DNA from: Cyanobacteriota bacterium
Lineage (GTDB): Bacteria > Cyanobacteriota > Cyanobacteriia > Thermostichales > Thermostichaceae
Assembly: GCA_033764955.1 (NCBI GenBank)
Contig: JANRIL010000033.1
Span: forward strand, 1 to 43,811
Length of the DNA stretch: 43,811 nucleotides
Direction of reading: 5' to 3'
This document shows, piece by piece, positions 29,879 to 40,023 of this stretch (the stretch's first letter is position 1; the number at the start of each line of letters is the position of its first letter). Under the pieces are notes generated by a model that worked only from the letters and a program-made list of their open reading frames with translations, made no database searches and was not told the DNA's origin. The translations under genes and the position numbers were made by a program.

Positions 29879-31798
29879 ATGGATTTAGATCTATCTCCCC
29901 TTTGGCTATCACTCAAAATTGCTGGGCTAGCAACGAGTTTAACTTTTGTGCTTGGAATTGCGGCTGCCCGTTGGTTATTAAACTATCAAGGTCGTTGGCG
30001 TGGTTTGATTGATGGAATGTTGATTACTCCATTAGTTCTACCTCCCACCGTCGTAGGTTTTTTATTGTTGGCGCTGCTGGGTCGTTACAGTCCTCTGGGC
30101 AGCTTGTTAGAAAACTTTGATATCCAGTTGATTTTTAATACTCAAGCAGCGGTCATCAGTGCAACCATTGTTGCTTTTCCCTTAATGTATCGAACAACAT
30201 TGGGATCCTTTGAGCAGATTGACCCCACCTTGCTGGGAGCTGCCCGCACATTAGGGGTTAGTGAATGGGTTGTATTTTGGCGAGTTATGCTCCCACAAGC
30301 CTATCGAGGCATTTTAGGGGGGACTATCCTAAGTTTTGCCAGAGCCTTAGGAGAATTTGGGGCTACATTAATGTTGGCTGGCAATATTCCTGGGCGTACA
30401 CAAACGATGCCGATTGCCATTTTTTTTGTGGCGGAATCAGGCAATCTCTCAGAAGCTTTGATTTGGGTAATAATTCTATTGCTAATCTCTTCTTCGGTCA
30501 TCTATTTGCTCAATCTTAGTTCGCTTCCATCTGGTCGATCTGATGCTAAAGGCAAATCTATGCTCAAGTCGGCTGCTGTTATTCAAAAGGATCCCTTATC
30601 CCTACCCCTATCCCAAAATAGAGAGCAATATGGTCAGCAAAGTAGCCAGCAAAATACTGAGCAACCTCAGTTAGTAGTTCGGATCCAAAAACACTTGGCT
30701 AATTTTGATCTCAATATTCAGTTTCACATTCATCCTGCCGATTATTCTGGTTCTGATTCTGATTCAAATTTATCATCAGCTCAACTTCCTCCCTTGCTGG
30801 CTTTAGGGATCCTAGGGGCATCGGGTTCTGGGAAAAGTATGATTTTACGCTGTATTGCTGGCTTAGAAAATCCCGACCAAGGAGAGATACTTCTTAATGG
30901 CCGACAGTTGTGGGCTAGCCATCCTCCTGTCAATTTACCAAGCTATCAACGGCGCATCGGTATTGTCTTTCAAAACTATGCACTTTTCTCCCATCTGACG
31001 GTCTGGCAAAATATCGCTTTTGGTTTATATCGTTTATCCCAAGTAGAACAGTCGGCTCAGATTACCCCCTGGATTCACCGCCTAGATTTGCAAGGATTAG
31101 AAACTCTTTTTCCCCATCAGTTGTCTGGTGGGCAGCAGCAACGGGTGGCTTTAGCGAGGGCAATGGTTTTGCAGCCAGAAGTGCTATTGCTGGATGAGCC
31201 GTTTGCAGCTTTGGACACCCATTTGCGAAGTCGTGTCGAGCAACAACTACGCCAAGCGCTGGCTGACTATCGGGGCATCGTCATCTGGGTTTCCCATCAC
31301 TTAGAAGAACTCTATCGTCTCTGTCGTCGCCTCTTGGTTGTGGATGGTGGGCAGGTGCTAGCCCAGGCGGCGCGGCAGGCGATTTTTCAGAATCCAGGTT
31401 CTGAGCAAGTGGCGCGACTAACGGGCTGTAAGAATATCTCACCCGTTCTTGTCTTCTCCGATCACGAGGTGCTGGCGGAAGCTTGGGGATGTAAGCTGCA
31501 CCTAGATCAGCCGCTGTCCTCCGCTGTCACTGGTATCGGGATCCACGCCCATCACCTCAACTTTGTAACCCCTGGAGTGGCCATCAACAGTTTTCCCTGC
31601 TGGTTAGCAACCAGTATCGAGTCTCCCCACGAAATAACCCTTTACCTAAAACTCTTCGCTCCCGCCAGGGATGCCGATGACTTTGCCCTGACGCTTGAAA
31701 TCGACAAAAAGACCTGGCAATCCCGTCAATCACTGCCTTGGCCGTGGTGGGTGCAACTGGATGCTATCCATTTGATGCCCCTGTATAGGGATCCGTAA
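29879..31798 (+). CDS. modBC: Fused molybdate ABC permease / ATPase (ModB-ModC)
   Basis: ModB motifs PLVLPPTVVGF and FARALGEFGATLMLAGNIPGRTQT; ModC motifs GASGSGKS, LSGGQQQRVALAR and LLLDEPF. One continuous 639-aa frame. Confidence 0.9.
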   Translation: MDLDLSPLWLSLKIAGLATSLTFVLGIAAARWLLNYQGRWRGLIDGMLITPLVLPPTVVGFLLLALLGRYSPLGSLLENFDIQLIFNTQAAVISATIVAFPLMYRTTLGSFEQIDPTLLGAARTLGVSEWVVFWRVMLPQAYRGILGGTILSFARALGEFGATLMLAGNIPGRTQTMPIAIFFVAESGNLSEALIWVIILLLISSSVIYLLNLSSLPSGRSDAKGKSMLKSAAVIQKDPLSLPLSQNREQYGQQSSQQNTEQPQLVVRIQKHLANFDLNIQFHIHPADYSGSDSDSNLSSAQLPPLLALGILGASGSGKSMILRCIAGLENPDQGEILLNGRQLWASHPPVNLPSYQRRIGIVFQNYALFSHLTVWQNIAFGLYRLSQVEQSAQITPWIHRLDLQGLETLFPHQLSGGQQQRVALARAMVLQPEVLLLDEPFAALDTHLRSRVEQQLRQALADYRGIVIWVSHHLEELYRLCRRLLVVDGGQVLAQAARQAIFQNPGSEQVARLTGCKNISPVLVFSDHEVLAEAWGCKLHLDQPLSSAVTGIGIHAHHLNFVTPGVAINSFPCWLATSIESPHEITLYLKLFAPARDADDFALTLEIDKKTWQSRQSLPWPWWVQLDAIHLMPLYRDP

Positions 31799-31980
31799 CG
31801 TTGGAGACAAGGGAGAACTTGCTTTCTCCCAACCTGTGATCGGTAGGTTGCCGGAATGATTACAGATTTCTTTAACACAGCTTGTTCAACTCTTTGTTGC
31901 CATTGACATCACATACTGTTACATCTTTTCTAGAGAGGCAATGTAGAGGGATCAGATCCTTTAGCCTAGATTTATTAGGG

Positions 31981-34929
31981 ATGAGTAAAACCATAAAGGT
32001 GCAAACGGTGCTAATCAAACTGAAACAAATGGTTGCGGCATACCGCCCTTTCCTTGGTCTTTTACTATTGATCCCCGCCTGTTTTATTGGGAATCTAATG
32101 CGATGGACACTATTCTTCAACATTGATTTTATATTTGGTTCGATAGCCGTTTGGTTGGTTGTTTATCTGTATGGACTTCGTTGGGGTATCTTGGCAGGAT
32201 TTGTGGGAGGTTTGTGCACCTATTTTCTCTGGGGTCATCCTTATGCCGCCATTATTTTTACCTGTGAGGCTCTGCTTGTTGGAGGATTATTTTATCGATA
32301 TCATCAAAATATTGTTTTACTGGATGGATTCTTTTGGTTGTTGATCGGAATGCCGCTAGTTAGTTTATTTTACGGAGGAATTTTAGAGGTTAGTCCAACA
32401 CAAACTGAGATTATTCTTCTCAAACAATCAGTCAATGGAATCTTTAACAGCTTAGTAGCTAGTCTGATGCTCACCTACATCCCCATCGCACGATGGCTCA
32501 GACTTCCTCAGGCAGTTAATAAGCTATCTTTTCAGCAAACCTTATTCAATTTATTGGTTGCCTTCCTTTTCTTTCCTACCTTGCTTCTGATTATTTTATC
32601 AAGTCGCAATGTTGTTAACTCCATTCGTTCTGAGGCTGAAGTTGATTTGAACTATGCTTCGAGCAATACGGTCACAGCCATTCGAGCTTGGCATCAAGAA
32701 CATTTGCGATCTATTGAGGAAATTGCCTATCAGCTAAATACTCTGGGTCAAACTGACTCCGATCACTTGCGAGAACATTTAGCGATAACCCAAAGGTTAC
32801 TATCTGATTTTAGCCATTTGACTATTATTGATGCAGAAAGCAATCAAGTTCTTATTACTACCCAAACAAAAGATGCAGATCTTTTAAGCCTTTATCCTAA
32901 TAATCAAAAGTTTTTAGAGATCGCTAAATCTACCCTTGAACCTATCATTTCTAATCTTTTACCTCAACAGGGATCTAACCTGATCTCATCTAGGCTTATC
33001 TGGAACATTCCGATTGTGCAAGACAATCAAATCAAATGGCTAATTCTGGCTGAAATTAATCTGGATCACTTAGAAAATTTACTGCTGAGGAATAATGATA
33101 ATTTAATCACGATGACGCTGCTAGGGCGTGGTGAGATTGTTATCGCTAGCACGGATCAAAATCGAAAAACAGGACAATTCTACAATCTCCAACAAACGGG
33201 ATCCCTAGAACAACTGGACTCGCAAACCTATCAATGGTTTTCTAACGAAGGCAGCCAATTGATGATGGTGCGATGGAGTAACTCTTTATTTGTGCAGGAG
33301 TCACCAATCGTAACTGGTTTGCCCTGGACATTAATTGTTGAATCACCTGCTGAAGCTGAGGTAGAGCGGATTGTTACTATCTTCTCCAATAACTTAGAAA
33401 TTATCCTCTATGTGACAGGGATAGGGTTGATTGCCTCAGCCCTAATCAGTCGTCAATTGGTCAAGCCCCTCACTGAATTGGCGACTGCCACTAATAATTT
33501 GCCCAGTAAGCTATCCACCGGAGAGCCTATCGTCTGGGTAGATAGTCAAATTGCAGAAATTAACTTTTTGTCGAGGAATTTCTATAAAATGTCCCAGACT
33601 CTCTCGGAGAAATTTCAGCAAATTCAGCAGGCTTTGAGTTATGATCTTCTCCTCAAACGTATTACCGATAGCGTGCGAGATAGTCTTGACGAATCCCAGA
33701 TTTTACAAACCGCGGTTCAAGAACTGGGTCACGGGATCCCGGTGATTTCTTGCGATGCCGCTATCTATAATGCGGATCAGACGGTCTCAACAATCTGCTA
33801 TGAATATACAACATTACCAGCCTCGGCACTGGGACGATCGTTACCCATTCCAGATATTTTTCCAGATGTTTATCAACAATTATTGCGTGGGGAGTATTGC
33901 TTATTCTGTTATATGACTGATCACCCATTTCGTCCGATTAAGCAAGAAAGCACTGTCATAGCTTGCCCAATCGTAGATGATCAACAAGTCTTGGGTGATC
34001 TATGGCTATTTAAGCCACGTTATCAATCATTTGATAGTCAAGAACTGAGATTGGTGCAACAGGTTGTGAATCAGTGTGCCATTGCCCTCCGGCAAGCTCG
34101 ACTTTATCAAGTAGCTCAAGTTCAGGTGAGAGCTTTGGAAGAACTAAACCTCTTAAAAGATGATTTCTTGAGTACCGTTTCCCACGAATTACGCACGCCA
34201 ATCACAAACATGAAGATGGCTATCAACATGCTCCGAATTACAGAGGATCCAGAACGTCGCAGTCGCTATCTGACGATTCTAGAAACTGAGTGCGGTCGTG
34301 AATCCGAACTCATTAATGACTTGCTTGACTTGCAGCGATTGGCTTCGGGAACGAAAGTTCTGGAACTCCAGCCGATAGTTTTACGAGAATGGGTTGACCG
34401 TGTGATTGAAGCTTTTCAGGAGCGAATGCAGAGTCGTCAGCAAATTCTTCAGGTTGACATTTTTCCACAGCTACCTATTATTACTTCTGATCTTAATTGC
34501 TTGGAACGAATTTTTAGTGAGTTGCTCAACAATGCCTGTAAGTATACACCCCCAGGAGAATCGATTAAGGTAACAGTACGATCTACTAGATTAGCTACTA
34601 CTTCATTGGTTGATTCTCAAGTAAAAATCAACAATGAGCCTGTAGAAACCGTTGAAACTCCTAACAGGGAACCGCCCATGAAGTTGATTTTAGATGTATG
34701 CAATTCAGGGGTAGAGATTCCTGCTCACGAACTCGGTCATATCTTTGAGAAATTCTATCGGGTTCCTGGCATTGATCGCTGGAAACAGGGAGGCACGGGC
34801 TTAGGGCTAACACTCGTGCAAAAGATGACGGAACGACTAGGTGGCAATGTACACGTCAAGAGTATGGAAAATCAAACCTGTTTCACCGTTGAGCTGCCGA
34901 TCGACTCCTCCAACTATTCCCTCAATTAG
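31981..34929 (+). CDS. Membrane sensor histidine kinase: multi-TM N-terminus, Cache-like periplasmic domain, HAMP, GAF, HisKA, HATPase
   Basis: Several N-terminal TM helices, ~260-aa extracytoplasmic region, TM plus LVKPL..L HAMP, GAF, VSHELRTPIT, ELLNNACKYT and GGTGLGL. Start uncertain (31981 or 32029). Confidence 0.9.
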   Translation: MSKTIKVQTVLIKLKQMVAAYRPFLGLLLLIPACFIGNLMRWTLFFNIDFIFGSIAVWLVVYLYGLRWGILAGFVGGLCTYFLWGHPYAAIIFTCEALLVGGLFYRYHQNIVLLDGFFWLLIGMPLVSLFYGGILEVSPTQTEIILLKQSVNGIFNSLVASLMLTYIPIARWLRLPQAVNKLSFQQTLFNLLVAFLFFPTLLLIILSSRNVVNSIRSEAEVDLNYASSNTVTAIRAWHQEHLRSIEEIAYQLNTLGQTDSDHLREHLAITQRLLSDFSHLTIIDAESNQVLITTQTKDADLLSLYPNNQKFLEIAKSTLEPIISNLLPQQGSNLISSRLIWNIPIVQDNQIKWLILAEINLDHLENLLLRNNDNLITMTLLGRGEIVIASTDQNRKTGQFYNLQQTGSLEQLDSQTYQWFSNEGSQLMMVRWSNSLFVQESPIVTGLPWTLIVESPAEAEVERIVTIFSNNLEIILYVTGIGLIASALISRQLVKPLTELATATNNLPSKLSTGEPIVWVDSQIAEINFLSRNFYKMSQTLSEKFQQIQQALSYDLLLKRITDSVRDSLDESQILQTAVQELGHGIPVISCDAAIYNADQTVSTICYEYTTLPASALGRSLPIPDIFPDVYQQLLRGEYCLFCYMTDHPFRPIKQESTVIACPIVDDQQVLGDLWLFKPRYQSFDSQELRLVQQVVNQCAIALRQARLYQVAQVQVRALEELNLLKDDFLSTVSHELRTPITNMKMAINMLRITEDPERRSRYLTILETECGRESELINDLLDLQRLASGTKVLELQPIVLREWVDRVIEAFQERMQSRQQILQVDIFPQLPIITSDLNCLERIFSELLNNACKYTPPGESIKVTVRSTRLATTSLVDSQVKINNEPVETVETPNREPPMKLILDVCNSGVEIPAHELGHIFEKFYRVPGIDRWKQGGTGLGLTLVQKMTERLGGNVHVKSMENQTCFTVELPIDSSNYSLN

Positions 34930-35170
34930 AAACGAACCCATTACTCATCCGGTTCACTCCAGAAAGCGGCTTTACCTCCCCACAGCAGCCAGGAATAGAG
35001 AAAAGCGTTCTGGGAGCACCGGCGGGAAAAATTTCTAGATATAGCGCTAGGGTTTGCATGGATTTCCCGCCAATCAAGGAAATTTGGGCTTGTCATCCCC
35101 CAGATCTAGCATTAATCCCCTGAGTGTCTGTTACACTTATGGGCAATTTGAGTGGGATCCCCCCTTAACC

Positions 35171-36445
35171 ATGCCTTCGTTTCTGCATGTGGCGGATGTT
35201 CATCTTGGTTTTGATCGCTACGAGAGTCCTGAACGGACGAAGGATTTTTTCTATGCTTTTCGAGATGTGCTGCAACGCTATGCCGTGGAAGCCGCCGTTG
35301 ATTTTGTTTTGATTGCCGGAGATTTGTTTGAGCATCGCACCATTTTACCCAACACATTGAATCAGGCTGAATTAGCTCTAGGTTTACTCAAACAAGCCGG
35401 GATCCCGGTGCTAGCGATTGAAGGAAATCATGATAACTGTCCCTATGGGGTTAAAACCAGTTGGTTGCGTTATCTAGCCGATCATGATTTCTTAAGGCTA
35501 CTGGAACCCATCTATGAGCCAGAAACTCAACTGTTAGCGTGGTCAGATTCCAACAAAAGAGGAGGATATTGCGATCTCCCTTGTGGAGTGCGTGTGATCG
35601 GCTCTAACTGGTATGGATCTTCTGCTCCCAAGGCTATTGATGATCTAGCCAAAGCTATCCACAATCTGCCTAAAAACCCAACGATTAACCAGACGATTTT
35701 GATGTTTCATCATGGGTTGGAAGGGCAAATTGCCCGCTATCAAGGTGCTTTACGTTATGCAGATCTGATGCCCTTACGAGAGGCGGGGATTGATTATTTG
35801 GCTCTTGGGCATATTCACAAAAGTTATACCGTTGAGGGGTGGATTTTTAATCCAGGATCGTTGGAGGCTAACAGCATTGCTGAAAGTGAATTTGAGCGGG
35901 GCGCTTATTACGTCCACCTTAGCCCAGGATTTGTTCAAGCTAAATTGATACAAGACCATCAACAGCGACCCTGTTACCGTCTGGATTGGGAGGCAAAAGG
36001 GCGAGAAACCCTAGAGGAAATTCAAGAGACGATCCTAACGATTGTCCAGCAAGCTGTGATACCCAACTCTCCGCAAGCAATTGTAGAATTTAAGTTAAAA
36101 GGACAAGTAGGGATCCCAAAAAGCAGCTTCGATGAGCGTCGGATTAAGCAAGACATTCAACAGATTACTCACGCTCTCATTGTCATTTTTCGCTGGGAAG
36201 CCAAAGCTCTAGATTTTGACTTGTCTCCTGCTACTGTGGATGATAATCAAAGAATGGCTGTAGAAACACAAGTTTACCACGACCTTTTGGCCAGTCATGC
36301 CCACTACCGCAAGCGTAGTCAAGAGCTAGCAAATGTACTTCTTGATCTCAAAGAACAGGTAATCGATGGACAGCCAGAAAGGGTGAGTTATGAACGCCTT
36401 GGGCAGGCCTTTCTGGGTAACTCCTTTGGTATGGAGGAAGCATAG
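35171..36445 (+). CDS. sbcD: Mre11/SbcD-family nuclease (metallophosphoesterase)
   Basis: All phosphoesterase motifs are present: ADVHLG, AGDLF, EGNHD, MFHHG, LGHIH and NPGS. ATG at 35171. Confidence 0.93.
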   Translation: MPSFLHVADVHLGFDRYESPERTKDFFYAFRDVLQRYAVEAAVDFVLIAGDLFEHRTILPNTLNQAELALGLLKQAGIPVLAIEGNHDNCPYGVKTSWLRYLADHDFLRLLEPIYEPETQLLAWSDSNKRGGYCDLPCGVRVIGSNWYGSSAPKAIDDLAKAIHNLPKNPTINQTILMFHHGLEGQIARYQGALRYADLMPLREAGIDYLALGHIHKSYTVEGWIFNPGSLEANSIAESEFERGAYYVHLSPGFVQAKLIQDHQQRPCYRLDWEAKGRETLEEIQETILTIVQQAVIPNSPQAIVEFKLKGQVGIPKSSFDERRIKQDIQQITHALIVIFRWEAKALDFDLSPATVDDNQRMAVETQVYHDLLASHAHYRKRSQELANVLLDLKEQVIDGQPERVSYERLGQAFLGNSFGMEEA

Positions 36446-36450
36446 ATAAG

Positions 36451-39400
36451 ATGCGTATCCTATCCATTGCACTTAGAAACTTCAAAAATCATCAAGATAA
36501 TTATTTTGCTTTCGAGGATGGAATTAATGCGATTTGTGGTGAAAATGGTTCTGGAAAAACAAGTATTTTAGAGGGTATTGCTTGGGTTTTATTTGATTAC
36601 ACTCCCTATGTTGAGAAAGAAATGATTCGATTGGGGGCTAATAGTGCAGAGGTAGCTGTCAATATCATTTCCAATCGAGACTATCGCACCTATGAAGTCC
36701 GCCGCAGCACTACCAAGGGGTATACTCTCTACGACCCACAGTTGAATCAACGTTTAGAATATGAGCGTAAAGCAGATGTTTTACACTGGATTCGTGAGCA
36801 GTTAGGAGTTCCATCTGGCACTGATTTAGCTCGACTCTTCACCACAACCATTGGGGTTCCACAGGGCTTATTTACGGCTGATTTCCTCAAGACACCTCAA
36901 GAACGCAAAAAAACATTTGATTGCATTCTCAAGGTAGAAGAGTATCAAACTATTTATAAAGACTTACTACCTTTAGAAAACTATAGCAAGGAGCAGATAT
37001 CAGAGATTAGCCATCAACTTAATCGTCGAGAAGAACGTTTGCTGGAGTGGGAAACCCTGCATTCTCAACAGCAAAATCTCACAGAACTCCTCACGGAAAA
37101 GCAGGCTGAGCTTAGCCAAACTCAAAGTTCCCTCAGCCAATATCAACGGGAAGTAGTTCGGCTAGGGGGTATCTCCCAAACCCTTAGCGATTGGGATCAG
37201 CAGCTTCAGCAACTGTATCATCAGGGATCCCTTTATCAGGTGCAACTACAACAAGCAGAGAAGCTCTGGCAGGAGGCAGAACAAGCTCAATCGGAGGTGA
37301 GGCAGCATACCGACGGATATCAAGCCTACTTAGCGGCTGAACAGCACTTAGCTAATCTAGAGGATCGTTATCAACAAAGGCAGTCTATCCTTGCTGAGCG
37401 ACAGCGCCTTTGGGAGCTGCATCAAGCTGAAAATGATCAGCACATTCGCCTGCAAGAGCGTTTAGTTCAGTTTGAGAAAATCCGTACACAAATTGAGCAG
37501 CTACAGCCCCTTGCTGCCCAGCAAAATCAGTGGCTAGAGCAACAACAATATTTAATAGAGCAAATCCAAAAACGGCAAGCCATCATAGATCAAGTTACAA
37601 TCCTGCGTACTCATTGGGAAAGTCAGAATGAATGGATAGGGCAAAAAAGACAAGCTCTAGAAGCAGCGCATCAAGCCTATCAGCAATGCCAGCAGCATCA
37701 ACCAGGATATGAAGCTTACATTCATGCGGAAATCGAGTTATCTAAACTGGATCAGAGCCTACAAAAGCAGCGCCATTTACTAAAGCAGAGGGAACAAGCT
37801 CAAGCAAGCTACCACAAACTTCAGGTGGAACAAACCAAGCTCGATCAGCATCGTCAACGGGCGATCGAGCTCGAACACAATATTCATGCTCATCAACCTC
37901 AATTGGCTCAACAAAAAAGCCTAGAAACAAAGCAGGTGGAGCTGAAGGTTAAGATACAAGAATTTCAAAGTCTCCGCCTACAACTGGGTCAACGAGAAGC
38001 TGAGCAAGCGGAACGACAAAAGTATAGACAAACCTTTGTTGAACAACTTGCTCAACGCCAAACCCTACAACAACAGGTGGCACGGATCCCTGAATTAGAG
38101 CAGCAACAGGAACGACTCACCTCACAATTAAGTCGCCTAGCTGCTGCCCAGCAATTTCATCAGGAATTACTGAATCTAACGAAAACTGGTCATGCTAGAT
38201 TCACAGCCCATCAACAACGGATAGAGCAGGTTCTACAAAGATTCGCTAATCTAGACCAGGAGTTTCCAGAAGTAGCTCACCGCTTGGCAGCGATCCCTAA
38301 CTTGTTTCAAGAGGGATGTCAAATTAGCCAATATTTATTGGATGGCATCCAAGTGATTCTCCAGGATATCTCCAATCAAGTTTCACCCAAGGATTTGGAA
38401 GCACAGCAACAAAATCTTAAGGCAGAATTGCAACAAATCTATCCATTGCAGGGATTAGTCAATGAAATTCCTGAGTTACAAGTGCAAATTCAAGCCTATG
38501 AAAAAAGCATAGCCGAACTACAAGAAAATATTGACGATTTGTTATGGCAAACGGAAGCGGAAGCCCTATTTTTACGTCAATTGGCGGAATTAGAAACTCA
38601 GATGGAAATTATAGGGGATCCCGCAGCTCAAATCAAGCTTTGGCAGATGGAACGCGATGCAATTCCCTCATGGCAAGAGGAGTGGTTGACCATCGTGGCT
38701 GAGTTGGAGAAACAATCTCAGACCCTTCAACAACTGGAGACGACCTTAAGCCGGGTGCAAGATTTAGATGCTCAGGTTGCCGTCCAGCAACACATCAAAA
38801 TGAATCACAAAAATGACTATGAGCTTTATTTGCAGGCTCATAACTTAGCCAGCACCTTCTCTCATCATCAAGCAGATTTAGAACTATCCCTTGCTAAACT
38901 GCAAGAAATTGAGCAAACAGGAAAAAAATACCAGGATCAAATCAATCAACACCAGAACCAGACGGGATCCCTGGCGGCAATGACTGAGCAGTTAACCCTA
39001 ATTCAAGAACAGCTCCAGCAACTTCGGGATCCCCACAGTCAAATCCTCCGATATCAAGAAATCCTCTTGGAGGAACCCAAAATCCTTGAGCAGTTTCAGC
39101 GATCTCAACAACAGTTAACTGCTACTCAAAGTCACCTTGAACATCTAAATCGGCAGTTAACCGAAACCATAGCCATTGATGCTGAAATGACCCAATGGCG
39201 GGAAGCCAAGCAACAATATCGTTTGTCATACGAAACCTATAAAGCCCATGAGGCTCTGGTTCACCTATTACCCGAACGAGAAAAAAACTATCGAAACTTA
39301 CAAGCCGATATCCAAGCTAATCAAGCTCAACAAACGCAACTTCGTCTGAAACGGGATCCCTTGGCAGCGAGTTATAGTGCAGACTATCATCAAACCGCTC

Positions 39401-40023
39401 AGGCTAATCTCCGACAAGCCGAAATTAAGCAGGCTAGCTTAGCAAGTGAAATTCAATCTTTGGAACCCCAGCTAGCCGCTATAGAAGCTAAGCTGACTGA
39501 GCTGGAGACGATACGCCTTGAAAAACAAGAATATGAAGTTAACTTAGCAGAGCGGGAACGACTCCACCGATTTATTAAGTTTAGTCGCAGTGTATTCAAA
39601 GACGCTGGCCCACGCATCACTAAGCTTTATCTGCAAAATATCAATATTGTTGCTGATCAACTATTTCGAGAAATCCTGAATCGCTCGAATGTTTCTCTCA
39701 CATGGGAAACTGATTATGATATCACTATTCAAGAGGGAGGTAGCCCGAAACGACGATTTGCCTGCTTGTCAGGGGGTGAACAAATGTCGGCAGCACTAGC
39801 AGTGCGCCTTGCTCTACTTAAGGTTTTGGGTGATTTGGATGTTGCCTTTTTTGATGAACCCACTACCAATATGGATCGACAACGCCGCCAACAATTGGCA
39901 GAAGCCATTAATCAAATCCGCTCCTTTCGGCAGATTTTTGTGATTAGTCATGATGATACTTTTGAGCATATCACCGAAAATATTATCAGGGTGGAAAGGA
40001 AGGAGTTTAATTATGGCTATTAG
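36451..40023 (+). CDS. sbcC: Rad50/SbcC-family SMC-like ATPase
   Basis: Walker A GENGSGKTS, Q-loop VPQG, ~850-aa Gln/Glu-rich coiled coil, signature LSGGEQ, Walker B FFDEPT and ISHD. Starts 5 nt after the sbcD stop. Confidence 0.93.
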   Translation: MRILSIALRNFKNHQDNYFAFEDGINAICGENGSGKTSILEGIAWVLFDYTPYVEKEMIRLGANSAEVAVNIISNRDYRTYEVRRSTTKGYTLYDPQLNQRLEYERKADVLHWIREQLGVPSGTDLARLFTTTIGVPQGLFTADFLKTPQERKKTFDCILKVEEYQTIYKDLLPLENYSKEQISEISHQLNRREERLLEWETLHSQQQNLTELLTEKQAELSQTQSSLSQYQREVVRLGGISQTLSDWDQQLQQLYHQGSLYQVQLQQAEKLWQEAEQAQSEVRQHTDGYQAYLAAEQHLANLEDRYQQRQSILAERQRLWELHQAENDQHIRLQERLVQFEKIRTQIEQLQPLAAQQNQWLEQQQYLIEQIQKRQAIIDQVTILRTHWESQNEWIGQKRQALEAAHQAYQQCQQHQPGYEAYIHAEIELSKLDQSLQKQRHLLKQREQAQASYHKLQVEQTKLDQHRQRAIELEHNIHAHQPQLAQQKSLETKQVELKVKIQEFQSLRLQLGQREAEQAERQKYRQTFVEQLAQRQTLQQQVARIPELEQQQERLTSQLSRLAAAQQFHQELLNLTKTGHARFTAHQQRIEQVLQRFANLDQEFPEVAHRLAAIPNLFQEGCQISQYLLDGIQVILQDISNQVSPKDLEAQQQNLKAELQQIYPLQGLVNEIPELQVQIQAYEKSIAELQENIDDLLWQTEAEALFLRQLAELETQMEIIGDPAAQIKLWQMERDAIPSWQEEWLTIVAELEKQSQTLQQLETTLSRVQDLDAQVAVQQHIKMNHKNDYELYLQAHNLASTFSHHQADLELSLAKLQEIEQTGKKYQDQINQHQNQTGSLAAMTEQLTLIQEQLQQLRDPHSQILRYQEILLEEPKILEQFQRSQQQLTATQSHLEHLNRQLTETIAIDAEMTQWREAKQQYRLSYETYKAHEALVHLLPEREKNYRNLQADIQANQAQQTQLRLKRDPLAASYSADYHQTAQANLRQAEIKQASLASEIQSLEPQLAAIEAKLTELETIRLEKQEYEVNLAERERLHRFIKFSRSVFKDAGPRITKLYLQNINIVADQLFREILNRSNVSLTWETDYDITIQEGGSPKRRFACLSGGEQMSAALAVRLALLKVLGDLDVAFFDEPTTNMDRQRRQQLAEAINQIRSFRQIFVISHDDTFEHITENIIRVERKEFNYGY

